DNA of 64,000 nucleotides, from positions 101,060,001 to 101,124,000 of the forward strand of contig OZ287750.1 of assembly GCA_965649765.1 (NCBI GenBank), written 5' to 3'. This document shows, one piece after another, positions 11,492 to 24,440 of the stretch. The stretch's first letter is position 1; each line of letters opens with the position of its first letter. This DNA comes from Bispira polyomma. Taxonomy: Eukaryota. Under the pieces are notes generated by a model, which saw only the letters and a list, made by a program, of their open reading frames with translations, was not told the origin of the DNA and did no database searches. The translations under genes and the position numbers were made by a program.

Positions 11492-13929
11492 ACTTAAGAC
11501 ATGAGTATAATAAGCAAAATTTTGAGTTAGTTAATCAAAGGAACATTTTTATGTACAGTATGAGCTTTAGGGATGGACAGTTCTTAAATGATTGTTCTTG
11601 TGATGTATTCACGACAGATGGACAAAATAACGTCTCGTGTAGTAGCAACTCCGCCTTATGTTCTGTTGGTCACAAGTTATGTCCACCAAAAGTTCATGGC
11701 AGTAGTAATTTTATTGCAACCTCGTTTCTGGTTGATTTGTATAGTACTCACAGTTATGATGTCCTTAAAGGCCCAGTGTATTATATTGTTTGTAATGCTG
11801 ACTCCAGTGTGTCAGGTGCATACACTTGGGTTTTCTTTCAAGGTCAATGGTCTCTTCAGAGACATGACCTCTCTTTACAAGAAATGTGGCCCATCAGTTT
11901 GGTTTGCACAGGTTCTGTACCTGTTTTACTTAGAAACATTGCTTCATATACCAAGGTTCGACCTTTACCAAAACATAAGAAGGTCACCCATACCCGTACA
12001 AACATCAGTTCTTCTGATTATTATATTGCCATCATTGACAACATTTGTAGTCAAACCACTCAAACAACATACGACAAGCATATAAACGCACGTGTGGATG
12101 ACAAGTTCCTTTCGCGGAACCATACAATAACTGAGGACACACATATAGTAACCAACATTCCACAGGACGTTGTATTACAGAACAGTGACATACAGCACTC
12201 CCCCATAATGGAAGAAATTGTGAATGAGGACATTTTACTTACTGACCAAAGAACTTATGGCTTCATCCCTCACGGGAGAAACCATTTTAACTTCATAGGA
12301 CCAGACAGACAACAGGTAGACTTGACTTCTTATGATAAGTTAATTGAAGTAGCTGATATCATAAAGACCACTAAGGTATCAAACTACAGACAAGCGCGTT
12401 TTCCCATCAAAAGTGATCTCAATGTTCTCAATTGGAAGAAATACCTACTCGATTATCCGGATCAAATCGTTCTACAGTATGTAGAATTCGGGTTTCCTAT
12501 ATCTCTGTATGAGAGGGACAGATTGAAGGTCATAAATGTCAAAAACCATTTTTCCGCTATGGCATTTCCACAAGCCATTGACAAGTATTTCCTTACAGAA
12601 GTAGCTAAGGGCACCATAGTCGGTCCTATTTCAGGAAAACTTCACCCGGATATACATTGCTCACCTTTATTAACGGTACCTAAAGATATTGATCAGCGTC
12701 GTTTAGTTCTAAACCTTTCTCACCCCCTTGGACAATCTGTAAATGATTGTACAATTAAAAATAAATATGATAACGTCGCTTTTAACTTAAGGTTACCTAC
12801 CATTGATCAAATCACTACCCGTATTATTGAGTTAGGAACTAAGGCCACCTTAGCAAAAGTGGACATCGCTCACGCGTTTAGAAATTTAAGAATTGATCCT
12901 TTGGATTGTTTAAAGTTAGGTTACCTTTGGAAAAATAATTACTTCATTGATCTCAGTCTAACTTTTGGACTCACTCATGGCACGGCGGCCTTTATGATTA
13001 TTTCTGATTGTATTACTTACAGTATGAGACAGAAAGGATATATAGTCTACAACTATATCGACGATTTTATACTCATTGAGACTGAAGATAAGGCTGCCTT
13101 AGCTTACACTACTTTGCAACAAATCCTAGCAGACCTAAGTCTCCCTATTAACACCAAGAAATTAGTTCCCCCCAGTAAGCGTGTAACCTTCATGGGCATC
13201 ACTATTGACATAGACCTCCAAACACTCAGTATTGAACAAACTAAATTAAACTCTATATTTGACACATGTTTGGAATTTAAATACTTGCATAAAGTACGTA
13301 AACAGAAGTACCAGTCACTACTGGGAAAGTTGTTGTACATACAGCGTTGTGTGAAGAATTCTCGGATATTCATGAACAGAATGTTAACGTTATTACGGCA
13401 GTCTACTAGTAGTAAAACAGTATTTTTGACAAGTGACTTTCATAAGGATTTACAATGGTTTTTAACTTTTCTCAGACAATTCAATGGTACAACTAAGTAC
13501 ACATACCTGGATAGTTCACATGACGTGTCATTACAAGTCGACGCTTGTTTATCCAGAATCGGTGGCATATCTGGTTTAGAAGTGTTCAAAGCTCCTCTAC
13601 CATGCTTCCTTAAACAAACACTTTCCATTGTCCATTTCGAAATGGTCAGTATTCTCATAGCTTTCAAATTATGGGGTCACAAATGGAGTAATAAAAAGAT
13701 CAAGATACAATCAGATAACATGGCTGTGGTGTCTGTCGTACAGTCATCTAGAACCAGGGATCTGTGCCTTAAGGAATATTGACTTGGCAAAGACAATATA
13801 ATAGCAGACGCTCTATCTAGGTGGTTTGAATTAGACCATTTTGACAACATAATAAGACAGGAACTCTTACACAACTTCATCATGCATGACATACCCATTG
13901 AATTTTTTACCTTAGATACTTATGTGTAA
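11488..13929 (+). CDS. pol: N-terminal extension + reverse transcriptase + RNase H (small deletion/frameshift near 13775)
   Basis: KVDIAHAFR, LTFG, YIDD, YQSLLGKL, VDAC, SDNMAVV; C-terminal LGKDNIIADALSR continues in another frame to TAA 13927-13929. Confidence 0.92.
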
Positions 13930-13937
13930 TTTCAGAT
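13927..13937 (+). other. Predicted splice acceptor at the pol/YR junction (TAA TTTCAG|AT, phase 1)
   Basis: AG at 13934-13935; the same stop+TTNYAG layout at 3103-3111 and 47337-47345, and at 7596-7604 where the stop reads AAA. Confidence 0.7.
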
Positions 13938-14916
13938 CCTTCTGACCCAGCCTCCTCACTGATCAAAGGAGCTTTGAGACGGCTGAGACAAAGTCACAGA
14001 CCTAGGACACAAAGACAATATGACAGCCAGTTTAGACTTTTCTTGAGCTTCACAGTTTACTTTGATTTAAAGGAAACCTTCTGCTTTAACAGCGTTATAG
14101 CTTTTTTGGAATTTATGACACAAACAGGTGTCTCGTACAAAGTATTGAGTAATTACTTATCTTCCATTAGGCACAACACAAAAATTCTGAACATTCAGCA
14201 AACTGGTCTTTATGACCCTAGATTGCCATTATATTTGAGTTCATTACAACTCACTTCCAAATACACACCTCGGGTCAAAGGGGTTTTCGATTTGCACCAA
14301 TTACAACAGATTTCACAAGCTTGTAACCAGTTTCAATTTCCTGATTTATTCAGAACAGCTTTTTTGTTTGCTTATTTTGGTTTTTTACGCATTTCTAACC
14401 TGACCACCACATCAGGTCTCTCCTTTGATCCTACCAGACACCTGACAAGGGCTGACGTGTTGTTCGCCCCCCCAGGCATTCACCTCATATTAAAATGGAG
14501 TAAGACTAACCAAACCAGGAAAAACCCAGACATCATCACAATTACCAGAACTTTCAAACCCATGGCTCTGTCCTGTAAAGGCAGCCACTTCACTATTTCA
14601 CAAACACCCTCTCCCTCCTTCTTATCCATTACTGGCAAACCCACTAAATAAAGACCAGTGCCTCTCAGACTCTAGTTTAAGGCACACTCTTAGCTCTATC
14701 TTAACACAGTTAAAAATCCCAAAAGAGGGGCATTCCTTCCATTGCTTCAGGCACTCAGGTGCCTCCTTGGCATTTAATGCTAATGTTAAACTTCAGCATA
14801 TCCAAAAACACGGATGCTGGAAATCAGATGCTGTTTGGTCTTACCTTCAATCTACCTCTCATGCTTCCACAATTATTCCAACAACGTTCACATCCCTCGT
14901 CTCTTCTACTTTCTAA
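13936..14916 (+). pseudogene. tyrosine recombinase of element C (one frameshift near 14540)
   Basis: GFLRISNL, KWSKT, LCPV, HCFRHSG, HGCWKSDAVWSY; no ATG at the domain start. Confidence 0.92.
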
Positions 14917-17029
14917 TTTGGCTTTGGCATTTTAAAATTATTTCATCAAAAATAATTTTTTGTACAGTTGTATATAGAGACGAGTAGTTAGAACAAAAAT
15001 TATCCCAAACAGCATCTGATTCCTCACTCTCAATAACTATGACCTTTAAAGGTCACACTTACCCCAGGACAACATTAGTTCAATGTCACTCACAACTTAA
15101 ACGACTGATTATACAGGGCTATAAATTATCAAATTGGTCTCTCATTGACTAGTGGTTTGGAGTTTCTCGGTTCGAAGGGGGAGAGGGGAGCAATGCATGT
15201 ATCTGTGTCAGTAGAAAACTACAACAGGTATGATATTTTAAAAATAATTTTCAAATTTTAATAACATTGAATTGAAATTTACAATTACAGTAACATCTGT
15301 TACCTTTCAAGTTCAATGGTAAAAAAAATGCTAAAATTAATTGCCAGAGAAAACCTTCCACTTGATGTAGGCTTGAATGAGTACAATCCCGAATAAACAA
15401 TTCATAGACAGATGGAAGTAAGTGGGTGTTATTCTAGCATTACACACTACAAACGAATTTTTGTTCCAAAAAAGCTAAAAGCTCCCATTATGAAACCATT
15501 GTGTATATATATTATTATTATCAGCAGCAAACTTTTTTGTGCTTATTTTCTATTATTCAGATTCTAAGGCGCTAAGTTAAATGATAATCAAAATTCAAAT
15601 ATCGTAATTGATAAAAGTTATAAATTGATAAAATTATATATGTAAAAATAATACATACATTTAATGTAGTTAATCAATTTAAAACATACTATCTTCAAAC
15701 TAGAAAGCAAAAGAAAACAAACAATAAAACCTTGGGAAAGGAAAAGCCTGATGCTTCAATGTGCATGGTTACACTATATTTCCATGTGACCGTTAAGATT
15801 ATGATGGAGCTTGTGGATGTCTAATCCGTCATCCAAGAAATACAAAATGTGTGTCCACGAATGTGATGTATGTTATTTTTGCAGCTTGTGTAAATTTATC
15901 CAAATTCTGATCAAATTTTGCCATCTCCTAATACAGCCTCAACCAAAAAAAGAACTGTATAGTAAACCATCACTATTGCAGTTAATATATACTATAATGG
16001 TGGCAATCAAGACAAGGAGAAGTGTTCATTATAGAGAGGTGTTCACTCTTCAGAGGTGTTCACAATCAGAGGTTTTAACTAAACTGGAAATACTGATCCA
16101 CGAGTAATGTCTTTAAAAAGGTTTTTGTTGTCAAAATCTCTGCACCAGTGTATTGAGAAAAATGACAAATGTTTGTATAATAATTATTCCTGTTCTTTTT
16201 TTTTTTTTTTTTGTCCCACGGAAGTATAGCCCCAAAATTATTATTACTGAAACATCTATATATATCACCCCACGATTGATCTATCATCCTCTAAGGCACT
16301 CTCTCGCCAGAGTCAGTCCCACAACATAGCATTGGTCATCGTCATGTTCACACCATTCCAAAGGATGTCATATCCCCCAATGAACCTAGCAGCATTGGTA
16401 GAAACCAAAGTGGGGACTGTCCCACTACATATAATCACTAGGTTGCAGAAGATCAGAACGTTTTCGGTCAAAGCCACCTGATCGGTTTTCTCTAACACAT
16501 GCTTTCTCTTTTCTCTTCTATGAGGCATTAGTCAAGTCGCCTGATTGGTTCTCCTCTAAAACATGTTTTCTTTTTTTCTTTTCTTTCCTCTCAGCCATTA
16601 TTCATGTAGGTACTGGACAGGCAACACAGTAAAATCACTCTCCCTGTGCCCCTGTGGTAAACATATTAAACAATTAACACAATACTACAATATTGGCCAC
16701 TGCCACTATAATTGTGTAACACCACCATTGTGCTGTCATATCAGTTAGTGTCAACTTTTTTAGGTTTGAACAATGTTATGCCATTATGTTACACAATGCT
16801 ATCATATCTGATCTGATATTGTTATGCTTTTATACTAGTTTTACCTTTAAAACGCTTTTTTGTCACAGTCGCTTAGAAGTTAAGGTTATGTGTAGGTCAA
16901 AGCCAGGGACCAAAGATAGTAAAACATATTATGAGTATTTTATTACATGGTCGTTTATATATACATCTGTACATAAATATTAAAATATATATATTTTGTA
17001 TTACTGCCAAAAAAAAGTGAAACTAAAAG

Positions 17030-17570
17030 AGGGGGATAATAGCAGCCAAAGTATATGGGGTGATGGATAAAGCATGGGAGGTCAACTCAAAGTAAAGCCA
17101 AATGACCTCGGTTCTCCAGCTGTAACTTTTGCATTGAATGCCAAAGAGGCCTTAGACCTCCATAAGCAATAAAAACTGGGCCCCGTGGTGATATGCCCAA
17201 TTTTATTTTTAAGGATCTCAAAGCATCACTTAATTTTGAGTCAGAAATGCATTTTTCTTTGCATGCTGGATGAGCAAGTAAAGGTGCCAGAGCAGTAAGG
17301 GGATATCAATTTAAGAAATTCCAAGCTGCAGTAACTGGACATAACTATTTATTTTCTGAACATGCGAGCTGAATTACATTAATTTTAGTTCTATCTTGGT
17401 TGGTTTTTCACCACTTCAACACCAAGTGACTATCATGATCAAGCAAATAACCTGTCGGCTTGGGTGAGGTAACATGTAGCATCGAATGTGCTTCCACTGG
17501 TTGGGGTTAAATTTGAGATTCTGAAAAAAAGTAGAAAAAAGCAAATAGTACTGTGGCTCTATAAAGTTCT
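17030..17570 (-). pseudogene. Element D: YR catalytic-domain remnant, similar to element C
   Basis: Manual minus-strand translation LYRATVLFAFF..FRISNLTPTSGSTFDAT...LVLKW*KTNQ...LCPVTAA...ASLAFNAKV; not in the ORF track. Confidence 0.8.
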
Positions 17571-19373
17571 TAGAAAACCAGATTTTCACATAATTTGTAA
17601 ATTTTTTGTAACTGAAGAATGTCTAGTACACAGAATTTATTGCCAGAGATTTCTGGTACATAGAATTTGTATTATCATACAGTTGTTTATTTTTTATGTT
17701 CAACAACTTACATGAGTGCCTTATTGTTGATAAGTAATTGTTGATAACTTTATTTTTAAAGTTACATTGATGAAGGTATTTCAGGAAAGCTAGCAATGTG
17801 GCCAGTGAAAATTAATCTTTCATTTTATAATGGACCACAAACGCCATAAATAAATTCAATTGTTCGATTCGATTTTAGCAATATTTCTTTGACACATACA
17901 TATTCTAACCATTTTGGCCGAATGTATTTCTGTGGTTGTTTACTTGTTTGCTGGGTCTAACACCTCACCAGAACTGAATCCATAAAGGAGCAGTTACCTG
18001 ATTGGAATAGCAGTCATGCCAGCGTTTAAGGGAAATTTTATAAAATCCTTGTCTTCCGTAAGCGAAAATAGAATAAAACTTTGGCTACTACTTTGTAGTT
18101 CTATATCTAGATTCCGCTTTGGTGAAGATCGATTTTTGGGTCTTGCAGCATTTTGAGATAAGTAAATAACTGATTTACTGAAAGCTTGTTATATTTTATC
18201 AGTATTCTTATCAATTTATTATATATAAGTTGACATTGATGATCGATGTTAAAACCTTCTGGAGAATTTTTAGTACATTTAGCACAATAAAACCGCTACC
18301 CACATCCACTTTCTTGATCTAATGATAAGTCAATCTAAGTCTACCATGGTAAAAAGTATCGCAGATCATGTTTTATTTTTGCTACTCATTCAGTGCCCCA
18401 GTAGATCAGAGGTAAAACTTAAGTCATTATAATATGTGGATTGAATAAAATTGACATGCGAAAGAATTTTGTCAGGAGATACTGACTTCCACCCTCATCA
18501 AATAGACTTGACACAAGCCGAAAGGTTGAGGCAACCAACACCAAAACACTCGATACTCATGCGCCAGTGATCAACAAATAAATCCCACTGTCTCCTCTGC
18601 ACAAATGGTTGACCAAAGCTATTTGTGATATTGAACGCCGTCAGTGTCACCTTGAGAGAGTTTGGCTTGTCATCTGGGTTTAACAGGAGGCAATATGGAA
18701 GAGTGACAAATCATTTTAGCGACCTTACGTCCACGTCCTGCAACCAATTGCATCTGATAAAGAGCCTTGATAAAACATACAAAAATAGTGTTAGTCCAGC
18801 TGCCAAATGTAGTTCTATTGATAAAATCATTGAAAAGCTGTTGCTAAGGAGGTTGGTGTGCTAGGTAAACTCAACGGGGGTAGTGAGTTCAGTGCTGACC
18901 TTAACATTATTTTTAAAACTATTCTTGTTAAAATGACCAATTTGTGATTAGATGGCAGTTGGCCTACATTGCTAGCAATTTCCGCCAAAAGGCTTAAAAC
19001 CTCATTATGAATTTAGAATTTGAAAGGGCAGAACGCCATTTTAAAAACTTTCAAACTTTTCATACACTTGTTATATTTTTACTTCATTTTATGTTTATGT
19101 GATTTTATATTTTACTGAAAACAAACTGTTACATATGTTGCAGTAAAAGGATGGTAGCTGTCTGGATACCTACTGAAGTTTGCTAGCTGTGAAGGGTTTT
19201 GTCAAAGGCTTTAACATATGTGCATTTTGCTCTTTGTTTGGGGCTATGGTTGAGGGCTGTTTTCACTTCTTTTTGAAATTTACCTGCCTTTTTATTTCTA
19301 AATTAAACTACAACCTCAACCTAAACATACACATATATGAAAGCACCTTCTGTGCTTATATATTTTACAGAGA

Positions 19374-20416
19374 ATGGCACCTCGTGCTAATTACGATTGC
19401 AGGGCTGGTTAAAACAGTCATAAAAAGCCAATTGATAACTGCACATTTATAACTCAAACGGTGAACAGTGCTACTAGTGACATTTCCAGTGCGCGATTAA
19501 CACACGCATATTGGAGGAACTTAATGGGCTAAGTGAGAGAATGTCAGACATGGAAAAAAGAATAGAAAAATCTGAAAATAGACAGTCAGTCGCTGGTAGT
19601 ATTAGTACGCCGTTAACTACTGCTACTATTTCATCAATTTCCACACTGGCTCCGCCCACGGTTCTTGTGCTTTCTACAGCCATGGCTACCTAGTCAACGT
19701 CGCTGACCACAGATGAGGACAACACGCTGGTCCCTACTTTCGCCACACTAAAGACCTCTCGGTACTTGTGACATGCTGTCGACTCTAGACTTTTGGATCT
19801 CGCAGTCCTTAATGAAAAAGGCAATTTCAAATCTCAGCCGGGTGGTAATGAAACAGTTTGGGTGAAACGCCAGGTGTCCTGGCCCCAGAATCATATTCTT
19901 GGTGGTACAAGTAAATCTCTAGTAACGTATGATAGCCTTTCTATGACTCAATGGGTTTCAGGGTTTTGTTTGTCAGAGATGAATGTAATATGGATGTGAA
20001 AAATGCTATGCTAGACTATGCGCAAGATTTGATGGAGGACTGTCATGACTTCTCTTGGCAAGCGGCTAAGGGCAGTCATGCAGTCCTCCTATGTAAGATG
20101 AAAGAGTGTAAAGTTTCATGGGATGAAACCTCAAAAATTGATAGGATACGCAGGGCTCATGCCCAAAAAATTGTAAATAATGTGCACTCAAACTATTCCG
20201 GTTCTGCTAGATGTCAAAAATACAGAAAAGGGGGTTCCCTGCAGATATTTCAAGAAAGGATCGTGTCCCCATAAGGTTGACCATAAAACCAAAGGCCAGA
20301 CATACTTAGATGTCTGTGTCACTTGTCTGTCTTTCGGAAAATCCTTTCCACATGCTTCAAAAGATTGCCACAGAACTACAAAATGTCCTGAGAATGTCGG
20401 TACAAAAAACGAATAA
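19374..20416 (+). pseudogene. gag of element E
   Basis: Fragments 19511..19693, 19793..19999, 19951..20274 and 20180..20416; ends ACA AAA AAC GAA TAA. Confidence 0.88.
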
Positions 20417-20446
20417 CAGCAGTGAACAAAACTGAATCAAAGCATT

Positions 20447-21779
20447 TTTTTTATTTATACTATTTTACACTGTCATTTACAAAATATTGGATACCCCCGA
20501 CAGTAGAGATATCCATGACAATTGTACATTTCACAAAAACTTCTTTAATGACAGATTTTTCAAATTATATATACATATGTACATTTACACAAACAAAAAT
20601 AGTAACATTGCAATACCAAACTGTGGTGGTTCAATTTGACTATATATGATACCTAGATATATTTTAATCTTAAGTATACAAAATAGCTTTAACAACCTAA
20701 AAAAAGGCCTACAAATAGGATGAACACAGAGCATACATCAGTATTTAGGTTAAGATTTTTATAGGTTCGGGAATAGGTTATTCCATCTCTCCCATACCTT
20801 TGTGAAGTCATCATAATTGAATTTGTTTTAGCCAAGTATTCTTGGTCCAAATATTTATTTTTTATTACTTCTTCAAGACAGTAAGGGACCTTCTTGTGTG
20901 CACACCAGAAGATACATTTTTTTGTTAAAACTAGTATAAAATTTAATGGCTTATAATTTTGGTCTTGTATAACATATCCAAAGATTTTAGTTGTATCACA
21001 AATGTGTAATTTAAATTTGATTTTGTTTTTATCCAAATTTTAACATTATTCCATAGCTCTTGTGTCAGCTTACACTCAGAGAAAAGATGTTTAGCAGTTT
21101 CTACATGTTCACCACAGAGACGACAGTTATTGGTGTCTTCAATCTTAATTTTAAAAAGGTTATCACGTGTTTCAAGTATATTATACAAAATTTTGTACTG
21201 GAACCATATGACAGAATTATCTCGAATTGTTTTAAAACAAATTTTATAAATTAAATGCCACATTTCGTCATTTATTACAGAGCTAATTTTCCTTTCCCAT
21301 TTTAATTCGCACTTTGTAGGCGCTTTCCTTTCAACTTGAATCATACAGTTATAATATATCTTACTGCCTCTTTTCTTGTTAAAGAGGGGTTGCACATGGA
21401 ATGGTCGATTTGGTCTGTGTAGTACAAAATGATTTCCTTTCGAATGTTCTGAAGTAAATCTTTTTAGTACAGACCTTATTCTAAAATATTCAGATCCACA
21501 TCGTAGGTGTGAGATATTTCCTCCGTACTAAGCAAATGTCCTTCTGAGCACACAATGTCTCCCATTATGTGTATCCCATGTTTGGCCCATTTTGGAAAAA
21601 ACATGATTTCTTTTGAAATACGATCATTTAACCAGATGCTAGAACGAAGTATATCAGTATTCAATTTTATTTGCTGATGTTTACAAAATTCTATCCAAAT
21701 TTCAAAAACATTTTTCCAATAGGGGTTCATTTTTAGGAGGGTTTTGCACGAGGTAAATCCTATCATAAATAACCTGTCT
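20447..21779 (-). mobile_element. 5'-truncated L1/Tx1-like LINE inserted in element E
   Basis: NPYWKNVF..W, WFQYKILYNIL, CRLCGEHVETAKHLFSEC zinc knuckle; poly(A) end at ~20447; apparent TSD AAAGCATT at 20439-20446 and 21780-21787. Confidence 0.88.
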
Positions 21780-24440
21780 AAAGCATTACAGGCCTGTACA
21801 TATACAACACTGTGATCAATATTATGGCAGTCATTCTGTATATAATGCTAATGTCAAAAATAAGTGTAGCGACAACTGGAGGGCCGACTGGGCTAGGTTT
21901 AGTAACAAAACATATGCCCAAGTTTTGACACACAACTTGAATCAGAATAAAAGGCAAAGTTCTACAAAGGAAAAAAATAGTGGCCAAAGTCCCTCTCTGA
22001 TTGTCGTCCATGTATAATAAGTCAAACGTTTGTAAATACAAATGCTATTGATGTAAACAGTTTCAGGAAATTGAATCAACATGTCAATAAAGCTGGCAGT
22101 TTCACCCCAACAATTGAAACGCCCATGCCAGACCAACAATGCCTAAACCCCAGAGCCAATTTAGAGAACAATGGAAAAAGTCGCACCTCTGTTAGAAACA
22201 AAAGCGATGTGGGCAGCTTAAGCTCTATAAAAACACAAGGGTTTCCAAGAAACATTACAATCATTTGTCAGAATAGGTTTACTCCCTTGGCATTACTCAA
22301 TGAAAGTGACATGGCTGTCAACTTAGACTGTGACTTAGGCGCTATGCATATCGCCCCAAACAATCAAATTAGCAAGTATGAATTGCAATTGCAAGTGAAA
22401 TGCAAACACAGAGAGGTTTTAGCAAAAGCAGAGAATTATTCCCTATTTAAACAATGGAATAGGCAAAACAAAGAAAAATTTGGAATTATTACCTTGGGAG
22501 AACAAAAATTACAACAAGTGGTTAACCGCTCGGCACATATAGTTGATTCAATTAAATTACACGAGTTAATAAAACAAGACAGTGCTACAAACTTCCTAGG
22601 GGCCCAAATACCAGTCCAGTCACAACTACACCTTGAAGAATGGGAAAAATTATTAGATACATATTGGGATTGCCAATTACTACACCTAATCAGATTCGGT
22701 TTACCTCTTAACTTTGGGGTTTTAGCAAAGGCAGAGAATAATCCCCTATTTAAACAATGGAATAGGCGAAACAAAGAAAAATTTACATTTATTCCCTTGG
22801 GAGAACAAAAATTGCCACAGGTGGTTAAGCCCTCGGCACATGTAGTTGATTCAATAAAATTACACGAGTTGGTAAAACAAGACAGTGCTCCAAACTTCCT
22901 AGGGGCCCAAATACCAATCCAATCACAACTACATGTCGAAGAATGGGAAAAATGATTAAATACATATTTACTACGCCAATTACTACACCTAATCAAATTC
23001 GGTTTACCTCTTGACTTCGATAGAACATGTCCTTTACAAAATAAAGGAAAAATCCCAGTTCAGCTAAATTATTTAAATTTCCCTTTATTTTATAAAGATG
23101 ATATCAAAGTGTACCTTGAGGAAGAAAAAGAGTTTGGCACAATCATATGTCCATTTAAGGAACCCCCATTATCCAACTTACATATTTCGCCTTTTATGAC
23201 CCATCCTAATCCGGAAGCTAAGCACAGAAGGGTAATAATAGACCTCAGTTGCCCACAAGGGCAAGCAGTAAACTCTGCTATAGATAGAGACCAGTACCTA
23301 GGAACTTCATTTTTGCTTACTCTTCCCACTGTGGATGACATAACCGGAAATGTAGTTAAGTGTAGAAAAGGCGCATTACTCTATAAACTATACATCAGTT
23401 GTGCCTTTAGGCACTTGAAAATTTATCCCGCAGACTACAGTTTACTAGGGCTCCAGCTTGACAATTATTATATTGACATGTGTCTGCCATTTGGCTGTCG
23501 CCATGGCAGCGCGATATTTCAAAGACTCAACAATGCCTTTCATTTTATCATGATGTCACAAGGTCATGACTTCATCAACTACATCGATGACGTCATTGGA
23601 TACAGCATGTCCTCCCCATCTTTGGACTCTTTCAACAAACTAAAAGAAATATTTGAAAAGTTAGGTTTTGCTCTTAGTCTGAAGAAAATAGTCCCTCCAA
23701 GTACTAAGGTCATTTGCCTCGGAGTTTTGATTGATACTGAAGATTTCACAATTTTAATTCCAAGTAATAAGCTTGAAAAAAATAAGATGCACATGTCAAA
23801 GTTGGGAAATTAAAAATGCTGCGTCAAAAGACAGCTCCAATCCCTATTGGGCTCATTATTGTATATTTCAAAGTGTGTCAAAACCTCACGCGCATTTCTC
23901 AATAGAATGCTACATACCCTGAGAGGTTCACAAGGCGTGCAAGAAATAAAACTGGACATGGCCTTTCACCAGGATCTAAACTGGTTTAATACGTTTGTGT
24001 CAGACTTTAATGGTATGGCCTTTTTTGACTGAAAACAAGGGACACATCAGGTACATCTGGATGCGTGGTTACAGAGTCTATACTAAAGACATTCCCCTGG
24101 GGTACAAAGACTATACCATTATTCATCTTGAGATGATAAATATCCTTGTCGCAATAAGATTATGGAAAAATCAATGGTCGAGTCAAAAATTACTTGTACA
24201 TTGTGATAACCAGGCGGTTGTTTCAATTCTTAATTCGGGAAAAACATATGATCTTACGTTGACTGCAATGGCCAGAAATATATTCATGGAGGCAGCAAAG
24301 GTTGACATAAAATTAAGAACAGTTCATATTCTGGGTAAACAAAATAAAATATAGCTAACCTGCTGTCCAGATGAACCATTACACCCAATAATGACACTAA
24401 ACTAAAAGAGTTAGTAAACAACCCCACTTCGCTTAAAGTC
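21780..24440 (+). pseudogene. pol of element E with an internal 303-bp duplication
   Basis: ORFs 22071..22955, 23109..23813, 23847..24032 and 23995..24354. Confidence 0.9.

Larger units (their letters stand above)
9760..14930 (+). mobile_element. Element C: best preserved YR retrotransposon (distinct subfamily)
   Basis: gag 10032-~11490 (one frameshift), 764-aa pol ORF with YIDD, YR with one frameshift. Confidence 0.95.

Noticed and set aside
13782-13935. DIRS1-type methyltransferase domain after RNase H
   Set aside because: pol stops ~35 codons after ADxLSR in every element, leaving no room for it; this argues against the DIRS1-like subgroup.
13936-14916. Phage/bacterial integrase or Crypton DNA transposon
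   Set aside because: The YR is consistently linked to gag and RT/RNase H in an animal repeat context.
15955-16080. Small MITE-like remnants (also 9078-9162, 38690-38752)
   Set aside because: Short internal repeats suggest transposon ends, but they are too degraded to classify.
16313-16528. Possible host exon/short ORF (also 18625-18864, 24952-25152, 25500-26300)
   Set aside because: No recognisable motif or consistent exon structure.
22436-22996. Antisense ORFs over pol/gag (also 7226-7597, 13104-13373, 44474-44713)
   Set aside because: Shadow frames of the + strand coding sequence, not conserved between elements.
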